This document shows positions 38,101-46,935 of a stretch of 53,349 nt of DNA, piece after piece. The DNA is from Verrucomicrobia bacterium UBA3750 (GTDB taxonomy: Bacteria > Verrucomicrobiota > Kiritimatiellia > RFP12 > UBA1067). The notes under the pieces are model-generated. The model was not told the DNA's origin, made no database searches, and saw only the letters and a list, made by a program, of their open reading frames with translations. Every line of letters begins with the position of its first letter. The first letter of the stretch is position 1. The stretch spans positions 1 through 53,349 of the forward strand of contig DFGM01000082.1 of NCBI GenBank assembly GCA_002371755.1, given 5' to 3'. The position numbers were made by a program, and so were the translations under genes.

Positions 38101-38477
38101 CCGTCAAAACCGCCAGACCCTGGGCGATAATGACCAGCTACAACGGCGTAAACGGCTACAATTCCGGCGAAAACTACGGGCTCGTCACGGGCATTCTGCG
38201 CGACGAATGGGGGTATCGCGGAGTCGCAATGACCGACTGGCTCACAACCATTCCGATGTGGAGGGAAATCGGCGCCGGAAACGACCTCAAGATGCCCAAG
38301 GATATCGAAGACACCAACCGCAATATCCAGAAACGCGGCGACGCCGTGGCAGAAGCCTTGTTCGCATACAACCGTGACTATCTATCGCTTACGCGCATCC
38401 GCGAAAGTGCAAAACGCATCTGCGAACTCGTCATGAAATCGCGCCGCTTTGGAAAGGAAGCGAAAACCCATAGATAG
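35178..38477 (+). CDS. Secreted fusion: sialidase-like BNR beta-propeller + domain-swapped GH3 glycosidase
   Basis: Start MRRLIAIF with signal peptide; Asp-boxes SSDNGATW, SFDEGKTW, SDDNGKTW, STDRGETW, SRDDGCTW; EP, RSPL, CYT; then GMVLLKN...YPFGHGLSYT (GH3_C), Fn3-like, then DGPAG...RHPLCGRNFEYFSEDP...KHF...MTDW (GH3_N). Confidence 0.88.
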   Translation: MRRLIAIFAALAGLLCAFAEPAPGVKTVLELKPGPGNPRNSEGAFLPLKDGRIMFAYSRYYGTSSHDHAQADIAVRYSSDNGATWTQTDEILVKNHGGMNVMSVSLLRLQSGEIALFYLLKNSEQDCRPVMRRSFDEGKTWSDETLCITDEIAYYVLNNDRVIQLKDGRLLFAVSKHTSDDGKFDKLGTVLTYSSDDNGKTWQRGKSAFQIVAPSGKRYAAHEPGVVECSDGSVLLWIRTGADFQYFSRSTDRGETWSAPQPSQLRSPLSPASIKRLPTGELLAIWNDHEAKPEMRTHHPDKHKWANGWRSPLSAAISRDDGCTWHGSKMIEDDPEGWFCYTAIQPLDDGTVLLAYCAYDVLAHSRLVKVPLEWFGVVAPSVVEHAALSRRAAADGMVLLKNNGALLPLEKGATLALFGESGALKPGGGGSSGVNSLRTVSLRSGLANAGFKIDKDSRDTALFVVLRDALEGEDSPDDAFELTKAELEEFASIKAAGFKHIVVLCGGGHVFNIKPFADDDAVDAILWTWYAGGEGALAIGDVLSGAVNPSGRLAETFAECVGDYPTDRGWRESRWYVPYEEGIFVGYRYFETIPGAASKVVYPFGHGLSYTSWQVSPVECTRSPSGSFDCKVRVKNTGKTAGRHSVLCWTSQTGGIAEHPAFELRAFAKTRLLAPGEEAELALSFALSDLAYFEDDETSPFCGSWMLDKGSYSVYIGGAPRDAERVASFDIPAPEVLSSPGLKLQADRLARRLKADGTFKTLHTSYPGHVERPEHPQVRTNITDRVDVTLFDVAEGKASLDELLDGMALQEMLHLLFGHLREDPCGTGSIGALEKFGIPAMQTCDGPAGVRREAPSSFFPCAALLACTFDAPLIREIGAAIGDEAAEAGFDLLLAPGLCIHRHPLCGRNFEYFSEDPLVSGIAAAAYVEGVQSCGVGATLKHFAGNGRETTRRIQKDVVSERAFREIYLRGFERAVKTARPWAIMTSYNGVNGYNSGENYGLVTGILRDEWGYRGVAMTDWLTTIPMWREIGAGNDLKMPKDIEDTNRNIQKRGDAVAEALFAYNRDYLSLTRIRESAKRICELVMKSRRFGKEAKTHR

Positions 38478-38546
38478 CATCTCCCGCCGGAAATCTCCGC
38501 TTCGGAACAGTCAACCAACTTCACGCAAAAAAGAAAGGATAAATCC

Positions 38547-39947
38547 ATGAAACGAAAATTACTGTCAATGCTGGCAATCGTGCTCGTGGCAACAGCCGCT
38601 CTTCAATGCTACGCTGAACTCGAGCAGCGCGACTCTTCGCAGTTCACGCACAAGTACGAGATGGTCGCCCTGCCGACGGCGGAGGATGTTGACGGCAGCG
38701 AGGAACCCGACTTTGCAGGCGGAGGATCGTGGTTTACCCTCGGCACCGGAGTAAATGTAGGGTCGTGTTCCATGGTCATGAGTGGAGGTCAATACCTCAA
38801 GGCCGATGCGGCCACTACTGGGGTCACCGGAGACGTCTGGCGCGTTATGAACGCGACGGCCGGCGAAGGTGGCACGGGCTACACCGTAGAAGTGCGTCTC
38901 AAGGTCACGGAGAGCACCGGCTCGATCGGCGCGATGCTATTGAACGCATCGACGGGCGATTCGTCGATCAACTCCTGGCTGGTATTCCGCACAGATGCGC
39001 TCTACTGGGGGAACGCAACAAACCTGAAACTCATGGACATCGATGCTACGGCTTGGCACGATTACCGCATCGTGCGCGTTCCAGGGTCGAAGTTTCACTC
39101 GGTTTATGTTGATGGCACACTTGTTGCTGATGATCTGCCCAATGGAATTTCGGCCAGCGTGAACAGAATTATCATGGGTTCGACCGGAGGCGCTTACAAG
39201 GGCAAGGCTCAGATCGCGTGGCTTCGCTTCACGAAAGGCGCGTATGCCCCGGTTGACGAGAAGGCGTATGTGAAGGCGAACCGGATGCGCTCCGACGAAT
39301 TTGACGTTAAGTACGAGATGGACGACGGCGACAATCGCATTTCCTCCTCCGCCAGCGCTTCAGATTGGACCATCAACGGAGCTAGCGGCGCGACCATTTC
39401 GAAATCAGACGGCGTTCTCTCAGTCAATCCAAACGGCAAAAATACGTATTGGACGACGACGGATGCCGCATGGAAGAATATAGTAACTGCGGGAACGCCA
39501 TATACAATCGAGTTCTCGGCAAAGATCAACTCCTGCGCTCTCACAGGAGGCAATGACAGGTCGCTCTTGTTTTGGGTGGGCAGCGCGAACGCAGTTGGCG
39601 TTTTGATGGTTGGCATGAACCATGTCTACTGGCAGACGACAGGTTCGATGGGCGACAACATCCTGCTCGACACATCCGACAACACCGACAAGATGCACAG
39701 GTTCCGCATCGCCTACGACGGTTCCTCTCGGCACGGCTTTACCGTCTGGCGCGATGACGTTATGATCGGGCATATTCTTGTCGACACCACTGCGTACTAC
39801 AAAACAGACGGATCGTTCAATTTCGTCAGGTTCGGCAAGCCCGGCGGCAACAACAGCGGCTCCTACGACATGAACTACGTCCGCTGGCAGATTGGCGGTG
39901 TATATCCTCCGGACAACAGGCAGAGCCTGTTCATAATCTTGAGATAG
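38547..39947 (+). CDS. Secreted protein with two tandem concanavalin/LamG-like beta-sandwich repeats
   Basis: Signal peptide; internal duplication FTHKYEM/FDVKYEM, YTVEVRLKV/YTIEFSAKI, WHDYRIV/MHRFRIA, WLRFTKGAYAP/YVRWQIGGVYPP. Confidence 0.65.
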   Translation: MKRKLLSMLAIVLVATAALQCYAELEQRDSSQFTHKYEMVALPTAEDVDGSEEPDFAGGGSWFTLGTGVNVGSCSMVMSGGQYLKADAATTGVTGDVWRVMNATAGEGGTGYTVEVRLKVTESTGSIGAMLLNASTGDSSINSWLVFRTDALYWGNATNLKLMDIDATAWHDYRIVRVPGSKFHSVYVDGTLVADDLPNGISASVNRIIMGSTGGAYKGKAQIAWLRFTKGAYAPVDEKAYVKANRMRSDEFDVKYEMDDGDNRISSSASASDWTINGASGATISKSDGVLSVNPNGKNTYWTTTDAAWKNIVTAGTPYTIEFSAKINSCALTGGNDRSLLFWVGSANAVGVLMVGMNHVYWQTTGSMGDNILLDTSDNTDKMHRFRIAYDGSSRHGFTVWRDDVMIGHILVDTTAYYKTDGSFNFVRFGKPGGNNSGSYDMNYVRWQIGGVYPPDNRQSLFIILR

Positions 39948-39958
39948 TCAGCAGGGTC

Positions 39959-39990
39959 GGCTAGGATTCTAGACTCCTGGAAACCTAGCC
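39959..39990. other. Intergenic stem-loop without U-tract
   Basis: GGCTAGG-a-TTCTAG-actc-CTGGAA-a-CCTAGCC. Confidence 0.5.
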
Positions 39991-40009
39991 CCCAACAACT
40001 GCAAAAACC

Positions 40010-40999
40010 ATGCAAGCCCCTGTTTATACACGGCGTGAATTACTGAAGAGCCTTGCGATGGCCGGGGTTGTCGCGCCGTTCGCGGGGGCGGGGCAGGATG
40101 TTGTGCCTCATGTCGAATCCGCCGTCCCCGACCCGGATTTCTGCGTGGTCATGAGCGATCTTCATGTCGGCAAGCCGTGGACGGAGCAGAAATTCCGTAC
40201 CGACCGCAGCTACGACTACATAAACGATGTGGTGCGCGGCCTCGTCGCGAACATTCTGTCGATGCGGGTGCTGCCGGCGCATGTATTCTGTCTTGGCGAC
40301 GTCTCGCTATGCTACGGGGAAGAACGCGATTATGAAATCGCGGAGGAGCTTTTGCGCCCTCTCGAAGAGGCGGGAATAAAGATTGTCATGACCGCCGGCA
40401 ATCACGACCGCCGCGAGCCTATGCGGCGCGTACTCGGCAAATGGCTTGGCGACTCGCCAGTCGCCGGGCGTTTTGCGTCAGTCACGCATCTGCCGTATTT
40501 CGACATGGTGCTTCTCGATTCCCTCAAGGAGCCGGATCCCGCCAATGAAGACAACAGCGCCGGGCGCGGCGGCTGCGAACTCGGACAGGAGCAGGCGGAC
40601 TGGCTGAAGAAACTCGTCGATGAAGCGACGCGCCCGCTGCTTGTATGCGCGCATCACAATGCGTGGGCGCTCGGCATCAACCGCGATATGGTCAAGTCGC
40701 CGAAAGTCTGCGGCTTCATACACGGCCACAACCACAGCTGGCAAGACAACCCCCTATACTCAAGTTACGCGAGAAAGACGATGATACGCATGCTCGGCAT
40801 CCCTTCCATGGGAATGGATCGCGACATCGGCTTTGGGGTCATACGCGCATTCGACGACCGCCTGGAGTTGACGCAAGTCGAACGCGACTATTATTTCCCG
40901 GTGAAGACACCGGACGGTGAACGTCTGCCGCTCTGGAACCATCTGAAGCGCGAGCGGCACGGGCGTCGCGTCGCCTTCCCCTTCGAGAAACTCGCATAG
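40010..40999 (+). CDS. Tat-exported calcineurin-like metallophosphoesterase
   Basis: TRRELLK Tat motif; SDLH, LGD, GNHD, HH, GHNH metal motifs. Confidence 0.87.
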   Translation: MQAPVYTRRELLKSLAMAGVVAPFAGAGQDVVPHVESAVPDPDFCVVMSDLHVGKPWTEQKFRTDRSYDYINDVVRGLVANILSMRVLPAHVFCLGDVSLCYGEERDYEIAEELLRPLEEAGIKIVMTAGNHDRREPMRRVLGKWLGDSPVAGRFASVTHLPYFDMVLLDSLKEPDPANEDNSAGRGGCELGQEQADWLKKLVDEATRPLLVCAHHNAWALGINRDMVKSPKVCGFIHGHNHSWQDNPLYSSYARKTMIRMLGIPSMGMDRDIGFGVIRAFDDRLELTQVERDYYFPVKTPDGERLPLWNHLKRERHGRRVAFPFEKLA

Positions 41000-41154
41000 G
41001 CGCCATCCCCCCGCTCGTCGTCCGCGAAATGCGCTGTGCAGTTTGACTTGCCCTATTCCAGACATTCTCTGCGCTCTGAAGCCTCTCTGCGTGAAATTCC
41101 AGCCGACGAATTCAGGTTCAAGTGCGCGAAGCCCTCTCCCGCGCTTGACTTCAC

Positions 41155-41183
41155 TAGCCAGATTGGCAAAAATTTGGTAAAAT
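41155..41183 (+). promoter_or_regulatory. Putative promoter upstream of the repeat protein-fabD-fabG genes
   Basis: TAGCCA, 17-nt spacer, TGgTAAAAT. Confidence 0.45.
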
Positions 41184-41235
41184 ATCCACCATCTGCGGGG
41201 CGAAGGCTCTGCGTAAAAGGAAAAGGAGTGATAAC

Positions 41236-41973
41236 ATGAAGAAGTTGCTTGTAGCATGTTCGCTGGCGCTTGTCGCCAATGGTGTAATCGCAGCCGAGGC
41301 TGCCGAGCCCGAAAAGCACTACATCACACCCATAGAAATCGCTTTCCCCGCATCGCCTTTGCAGGTGCCGTGCACGGTTCCTTATTCGGCTTGGCGCGTA
41401 TGGGGCGTGCGTCTCGATCTTGTCTACGGCCGCAGCCAGTATGTCTACGGCATAGACGCAGGCGTGGCGGGCATGCTTTACGGCGATATGTACGGCATTC
41501 AGGGGACGGCGCTGAACTGGGTGAACGACGATATGTACGGCATTCAGGCTGGCGGCTTGGGGAACTTGGTGCGCGGCGATGTGGCCGGCATCCAGCTGGG
41601 CGGCTTCCTCAACAACGACTATGGCGCGGTGGCAGGCGTGCAGGCGGCGTTATGCAACTTCGACAGCGTCTTCTACGGTCTTCAGGCCGGCATCCTAAAC
41701 TGGGTGGGCGGCATGAGCTATGGCGTGCAGGCAGGCGTTGCAAACGTCGATTCCAACGAGTTTCTCGGCATCAGCTGCGGACTTGTGAACATCGTGTCGC
41801 GCGCGCATGGTCTCCAGGTTGGTTTCGTGAACGAGATTGAAGAGTCTGGCGACGGTGTGCAGATCGGCGTATTCAATGGCGCGAAGGAGTTCAAGGGCGT
41901 GCAGGTGGGGCTTTTCAACGTGATACAGAATGCTCCGCTGCCGATTATGGCGGTCGTGAACGTCAATTTCTGA
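41236..41973 (+). CDS. Secreted G(I/V/L)Q...N repeat protein (LA_2272-like surface repeat)
   Basis: Signal peptide; many roughly 14-15 aa repeats (MYGIQGTALN, MYGIQAGGLGN, GVQIGVFN, GVQVGLFN); ends VNF. Confidence 0.75.
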   Translation: MKKLLVACSLALVANGVIAAEAAEPEKHYITPIEIAFPASPLQVPCTVPYSAWRVWGVRLDLVYGRSQYVYGIDAGVAGMLYGDMYGIQGTALNWVNDDMYGIQAGGLGNLVRGDVAGIQLGGFLNNDYGAVAGVQAALCNFDSVFYGLQAGILNWVGGMSYGVQAGVANVDSNEFLGISCGLVNIVSRAHGLQVGFVNEIEESGDGVQIGVFNGAKEFKGVQVGLFNVIQNAPLPIMAVVNVNF

Positions 41974-41995
41974 TGTAAGGGAAAGAGGAAGAAAG

Positions 41996-42916
41996 ATGTC
42001 GTATTGCTGCATTTTTGCGGGCCAGGGTGCGCAGACGCCTGGCATGGGTAAGGATTTTGCCGAGGCTGATGCCGAGGCGATGGCTTTGTTCGACAAGGCG
42101 AACGCCGTTCTTGGATTCGATCTCAAGAAGGTTTGCTTCGAGGGTCCAGCCGAGGAGCTGACCAAGTCCAACATCTGCCAGCCGGCGATTTTCGTGACGA
42201 GCTATGCGGCCTATCAGGCGCTGAAGAAGAAAAAGAATGTCGATTTTTCGTGCGCGGCGGGTCTTTCGCTCGGCGAATGGGGGGCGTTGTGCGCGGCCGG
42301 GGTGCTTGATTTCGATTCGACGCTCAAGGTGCTTGAGGCGCGCGGACGTTTCATGCAGGAGGCGTGCGAGGCGACTCCATCCGGCATGATTGCAATCGTA
42401 GGCGCGAGCGCGGAACAGCTTGCGGCTCTTTGCGAGAAGAGCGGTTGCACCGTAGCGAACGTCAATTCGGCGGCCCAGCAGGTGCTTTCCGGCTCCAAGG
42501 ATGCGGTTGCCGCCGCTGCGGCGGTTGCCAAGGAACTCGGCATCAAGCGCGCCATTCCGCTTGCTACGGCGGGTGCGTTCCATTCGCCTTTCATGGCGAG
42601 CGCACGCGAAAAGCTCGCGAAGACGCTTGAAGAGGTCGCATTCTGCACACCTAAGTTCCCGGTGCTTTCCAATATCACGGGCAAACCTCACTCTTCAGAC
42701 CCGGGAGAAATCAAGGCGATGATGCTCGAGCAGGTCACCGGCACCACGAATTGGGCGGCAGATGTCGAATGCGCCAAGGCAATGGGGGCTGGTGTTTTCG
42801 TCGAGTTCGGCCCAGGCAAGGTGCTTTCCGGCCTAGTCAAGAAAATCGACGCGTCGCTCCAGACGCTCAATGTGGCAGACCTCGCATCGCTCGAGGCGAC
42901 CGTGGCGGCACTCTAA
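41996..42916 (+). CDS. fabD: Malonyl-CoA:ACP transacylase
   Basis: FAGQGAQ..GMG, QPAI, GLSLGE, RGRFMQ, GAFHS, EFGPGKVLSGL. Confidence 0.95.
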   Translation: MSYCCIFAGQGAQTPGMGKDFAEADAEAMALFDKANAVLGFDLKKVCFEGPAEELTKSNICQPAIFVTSYAAYQALKKKKNVDFSCAAGLSLGEWGALCAAGVLDFDSTLKVLEARGRFMQEACEATPSGMIAIVGASAEQLAALCEKSGCTVANVNSAAQQVLSGSKDAVAAAAAVAKELGIKRAIPLATAGAFHSPFMASAREKLAKTLEEVAFCTPKFPVLSNITGKPHSSDPGEIKAMMLEQVTGTTNWAADVECAKAMGAGVFVEFGPGKVLSGLVKKIDASLQTLNVADLASLEATVAAL

Positions 42917-42952
42917 GGCGTATCTCAATCTATATATACAAGGAGTAAGGAA

Positions 42953-43717
42953 ATGGCAAATCTCAAGGGCAAAACGGCAATCGTGACAGGCGCGGCCCGC
43001 GGCATCGGCGCCGAGATAGCGAAGCGTCTCGCCGAAGACGGCGCGGATGTGGCAATCTGCGACCTCAAGAAGGAATGGTGCGAGGATACGGTCAAGGCGC
43101 TAGAGGCTCTCGGCGTGAAGGCCGCGGCTTTCGGTGTCAACGTGGCGATTTCCGCGGAAGTCGACCAGTGCGTCAAGGATGTCATTGCCGCATTCGGCAA
43201 GGTGGACATCATGGTCAACAACGCCGGTATCACCAAGGACGGGCTTTTGATGCGTATGAGTGACGACGATTGGGATGCGGTCCTGAACGTCAACTTGAAA
43301 GGAACGTTCCTTTTCACCCGCGCGGTATCGCGTCCGATGATGAAGAACAAGGCGGCGGATGGTTCGCAGGCCGGCGGCGTAATCATAAACATCGCTTCCG
43401 TAGTCGGTATAATGGGCAACGCGGGCCAGGCGAACTATACGGCTTCCAAGGGCGGCGTGATTGCGCTTACGAAGACGACGTCCAAGGAGCTCGGGTCTCG
43501 CAACATCCGCTGCAATGCAGTGGCACCCGGCTTCATCCAGTCCAAGATGACGGACGTCCTGCCCGAGAAAGTGCGCGAGGCGTACATGGATACCATCCCG
43601 CTCAAGCGTTTCGGCACGGCTCGCGACATAGCGAATGCGGTGGCGTGGCTTTCGAGCGACGATGCGGCCTATGTGACCGGCCAGGTAATCAGCGTAAACG
43701 GCGGCATGATCGGCTGA
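42953..43717 (+). CDS. fabG: 3-oxoacyl-ACP reductase
   Basis: TGAARGIG, NNAGITKD, GNAGQANYTASK, APGFI; follows fabD. Confidence 0.95.
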   Translation: MANLKGKTAIVTGAARGIGAEIAKRLAEDGADVAICDLKKEWCEDTVKALEALGVKAAAFGVNVAISAEVDQCVKDVIAAFGKVDIMVNNAGITKDGLLMRMSDDDWDAVLNVNLKGTFLFTRAVSRPMMKNKAADGSQAGGVIINIASVVGIMGNAGQANYTASKGGVIALTKTTSKELGSRNIRCNAVAPGFIQSKMTDVLPEKVREAYMDTIPLKRFGTARDIANAVAWLSSDDAAYVTGQVISVNGGMIG

Positions 43718-43778
43718 AGGGCTGAAACAACGCCTCACAAGCGGCTTACAGTAAACAAAGAAAGAGTCAAAGAAAGAA

Positions 43779-45365
43779 ATGAGACCAGTAGTATTCATCA
43801 TCCGCGACGGCTGGGGCATCAATCCGCGCGCGGAGGGAAACAGCGTTTATGGCGCCAAGACGCCCAACATCGACCAGATTCGCGCACGTTATCCGCATTG
43901 CCTTCTCGATTGCTGCGGCGAGGCGGTGGGGCTTCCCGACGGTTATCAGGGTTCGTCCGAAGTTGGTCACTTGAACATGGGTGCCGGCCGCATCGTCGTG
44001 CAGGAGCTCAAGCGTATCGACGACGGGCTTTCCTCCGGAGAGCTCTTCAAGAGCGAGAAGTGGCAGAACCTCGTCGCCAACTGGAAGAAGAACAACTCCA
44101 CGTTCCACTTCTTCGGCCTTCTTCAGGATGAAGGCGTGCACGCCCATCAGGAACATCTCTTCAAGCTGATGAAGCGCGCGAGGAGCGAGTTCCCGGAGGG
44201 TCGCATCGTGGTGCATCCCTTCCTCGACGGGCGCGACACGCCACCGAGATCCACGATGGAATACATCGCCCGCCTCAAGACGGAACTCGCAGCCGTCGGG
44301 AATGCCGTTATTGGCACCGCCATGGGCCGCTATTACGGCATGGACCGCGTCAAGAACTGGAAGCTTACGAGCGAGGCTTACGAGTGCATTGTCGCGGCCA
44401 AGGGCAAGAAGGCCGCCACTATAGAGGACTGCGTGAAGGAAGAGTACGCTTCGGGCGTCACGCCGGATGGCACTCCCATGACGGACGAATACATTCCCTG
44501 CTATGTCATCGGCGACTATGCCGGCATGAAGGACGGGGATGTAGTCATGCACACCAACTACCGTCAAGACCGCGCCATACAGCTCACCCAGGCGTTCGTC
44601 TGCGACGATTATCCGGGCGAAAGGAGCGTGCGCCCCGCAGTCACATTCCTTGGCTTCACGCGCTACTGGGACGAGTTCGGCGACTATCTCCTTGGCGCGA
44701 TGGGCGCAGGCGGCGGCATGGAGAATCTCCTTGGCGAAGTGGTGAGCAAGGCCGGCATCAGGCAGTTGAGGCTTGCCGAGACCCAGAAGTTCCGCCATGT
44801 CACGAGCTTCTTCAACGGCAAATCCACCACCCCGAGCGAAGGCGAGGATCAGGTCGAGGTAAAGAGCCGTTTCGACCCTGCCACGTTCGCAAGCCACCCG
44901 GAGATGGATGCCTACAATGTCACGGACGAGCTGCTGAAACGGCTTGAAAACAACCCCTACGGCTTCATCGTGGTCAACTATGCGAACTGCGACATGGTGG
45001 GGCATACGGGCGATATGGCGGCGGCCACCAAGGCTGTCGAAGTGACCGACGAATGCATCGGCAGGATTCTGCCGCGCCTCCTCGAACTTGACGCCCATGT
45101 TCTCATCTTTGCCGACCACGGTAACGCCGAACAGATGGTCGACTACAAGAGCGGGCTCACGAAGACTTCGCACACGCTCAACCTCGTGGACTGCTTCTAT
45201 GTGGCCAACGATGCGCCCGGCGTGAGGCTCACGCCTCTCGCGAAGCTCTCTGCGGTGGCCCCCACGGCTCTCCAGATGCTCGGCATCCCCGTGCCGCAGG
45301 AAATGTCCACCCCCTCGCTTCTCGCGGGCAAGGAGCCGTGGAGCAAAACCGCGCTCAACATCTGA
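43779..45365 (+). CDS. gpmI: 2,3-bisphosphoglycerate-independent phosphoglycerate mutase
   Basis: DGWG, GSSEVGH.N.GAGR, DGRDT.P, GRYYGMDR, AETQK..HVT.FFNG, NYAN.DMVGHTG, ADHGNAE. Confidence 0.95.
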   Translation: MRPVVFIIRDGWGINPRAEGNSVYGAKTPNIDQIRARYPHCLLDCCGEAVGLPDGYQGSSEVGHLNMGAGRIVVQELKRIDDGLSSGELFKSEKWQNLVANWKKNNSTFHFFGLLQDEGVHAHQEHLFKLMKRARSEFPEGRIVVHPFLDGRDTPPRSTMEYIARLKTELAAVGNAVIGTAMGRYYGMDRVKNWKLTSEAYECIVAAKGKKAATIEDCVKEEYASGVTPDGTPMTDEYIPCYVIGDYAGMKDGDVVMHTNYRQDRAIQLTQAFVCDDYPGERSVRPAVTFLGFTRYWDEFGDYLLGAMGAGGGMENLLGEVVSKAGIRQLRLAETQKFRHVTSFFNGKSTTPSEGEDQVEVKSRFDPATFASHPEMDAYNVTDELLKRLENNPYGFIVVNYANCDMVGHTGDMAAATKAVEVTDECIGRILPRLLELDAHVLIFADHGNAEQMVDYKSGLTKTSHTLNLVDCFYVANDAPGVRLTPLAKLSAVAPTALQMLGIPVPQEMSTPSLLAGKEPWSKTALNI

Positions 45366-45403
45366 CGCGGCTTCAGCCGCCTTGAGAAAGGATTGTACGC
45401 CCC

Positions 45404-46825
45404 ATGAAGAACTATCTCGCAATAGATATCGGAGCAAGCTCTGGCCGACATATTCTCGGCACCGTCAAGGACGGCAAGATCGCCCTCGAGGAGGTCTACC
45501 GTTTCGAGAACTCCCAGATTCGGAAAGACGGTCACGACTGCTGGGATATCGAAGCGCTCGTAAAGAGCGTGAAGGCGGGCATAGACGTTGCGATGACGAA
45601 GGCCGAGATAGAATCGATCGGTATTGACACGTGGGGCGTGGATTTCGTTCTTCTCGATGCGAACGGCGAGCTCTGTTCGGATGCCGTCGCCTACCGCGAT
45701 GCGCGCACGGCCGGCGCCGACATCGAGATCGAGCGCGATGTGATATCCTTCGAGGAACTCTACGCGCGCGCAGGCATCCAGAAGACGAGCTTCAACACCA
45801 TCTACCAGCTTTGGGCGCTCAAGAAGGAACACCCGGAGCAGCTCGAAAAGGCCGAGCACTTTCTGATGGTGCCCGAGTATCTCAACTACCGGCTCACAGG
45901 CAATATCGTGCACGAGTACACCGATTCCTCCACCACGTCGCTCCTTGACGCGGCCGCGAAAGACTGGGACCGGGACCTTATCGCCAAGCTGGGGCTGCCC
46001 GTGAAGATTTTCGGCAAGCTTGAGATGCCCGGCGCGACGGTGGGCGAGTATCGCGGCGTCAAGGTGGTGCTCGCGGCCATGCACGATACGGCAAGTGCGT
46101 ATCTCGCAGTGCCTGCGCGCGATGATAGAGCCGTATATCTTTCCAGCGGCACATGGTCGCTCCTCGGCGTCGAGAATACCGAGCCCATCACGAACAAGGC
46201 ATCCTGCCTTGCGAACTTCACGAATGAAGGCGGAGCCTGGGGACGCTACCGCTATCTCAAGAATATCATGGGCCTGTGGATGATCCAGTCCATCCGCCGC
46301 GAACTCAATGGCGTGAGCTACGTGGAAGGCAAGGGCAAGGATGCCACCGAAGAGGCGCTCGAGCGGCTTTCCGACTTTGAAAAGGGCCGCGAGTACAGTT
46401 TCTCGGATCTTTCCATGATAGCGCGCGATTCCGTCTACAACACCATTGTGGATGTGAACGAGCAGCGTTTCCTCAATCCGGACTCGATGATTGGCGAAGT
46501 GATGAAGGCTGTCGAGGAGGAAGGCGATACGCCTCCCGAAACGATAGGCGACTTGATGAAGTGCGTCTACCTCTCTCTCGCCGATTGCTATGCAAGGGCG
46601 ATAGCGGAACTTGGTGAAATCACCGAGAAGTCCTACACCTCGATAAACATCGTGGGCGGCGGCTCCCAGGATAGATACCTCAATTCGCTTACGGCTTCCG
46701 CCACGGGTCTGGAAGTGTTTACCGGTCCCGTGGAGGGTACGGCGATAGGCAATCTTATTGTGCAGATGATTACGGCCGGCGAGTTCGGGAATCTCGCCGA
46801 GGCGCGCAAGGCCATCGTGCCGTAA
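45404..46825 (+). CDS. rhaB: Rhamnulokinase-family FGGY sugar kinase
   Basis: LAIDIGASSGR, IGIDTWGVDF, YRDART, NTIYQL, HDTASA, LSSGTWSL.G, FTNEGG, LKNIMGLW, GPVEGTAIGN. Confidence 0.85.
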   Translation: MKNYLAIDIGASSGRHILGTVKDGKIALEEVYRFENSQIRKDGHDCWDIEALVKSVKAGIDVAMTKAEIESIGIDTWGVDFVLLDANGELCSDAVAYRDARTAGADIEIERDVISFEELYARAGIQKTSFNTIYQLWALKKEHPEQLEKAEHFLMVPEYLNYRLTGNIVHEYTDSSTTSLLDAAAKDWDRDLIAKLGLPVKIFGKLEMPGATVGEYRGVKVVLAAMHDTASAYLAVPARDDRAVYLSSGTWSLLGVENTEPITNKASCLANFTNEGGAWGRYRYLKNIMGLWMIQSIRRELNGVSYVEGKGKDATEEALERLSDFEKGREYSFSDLSMIARDSVYNTIVDVNEQRFLNPDSMIGEVMKAVEEEGDTPPETIGDLMKCVYLSLADCYARAIAELGEITEKSYTSINIVGGGSQDRYLNSLTASATGLEVFTGPVEGTAIGNLIVQMITAGEFGNLAEARKAIVP

Positions 46826-46935
46826 GGCGTCAGTCGATACGCCCACTATAAATCGATTCCCTCCCGCGTGCTTTCCCTGCCAAATGGCGTGGACACGGAG
46901 TTTTTCGGCAGGGCGGCAAGAAAGGAAGGTGCGGA

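Noticed and set aside
46826-46935. Possible riboswitch or ncRNA between rhaB and the HAD gene (GGCGT/ACGCC and CCCTGCC/GGCAGGG inverted repeats)
   Set aside because: Short stems are expected at this GC content and I recognise no aptamer consensus; an Rfam/Infernal search would settle it
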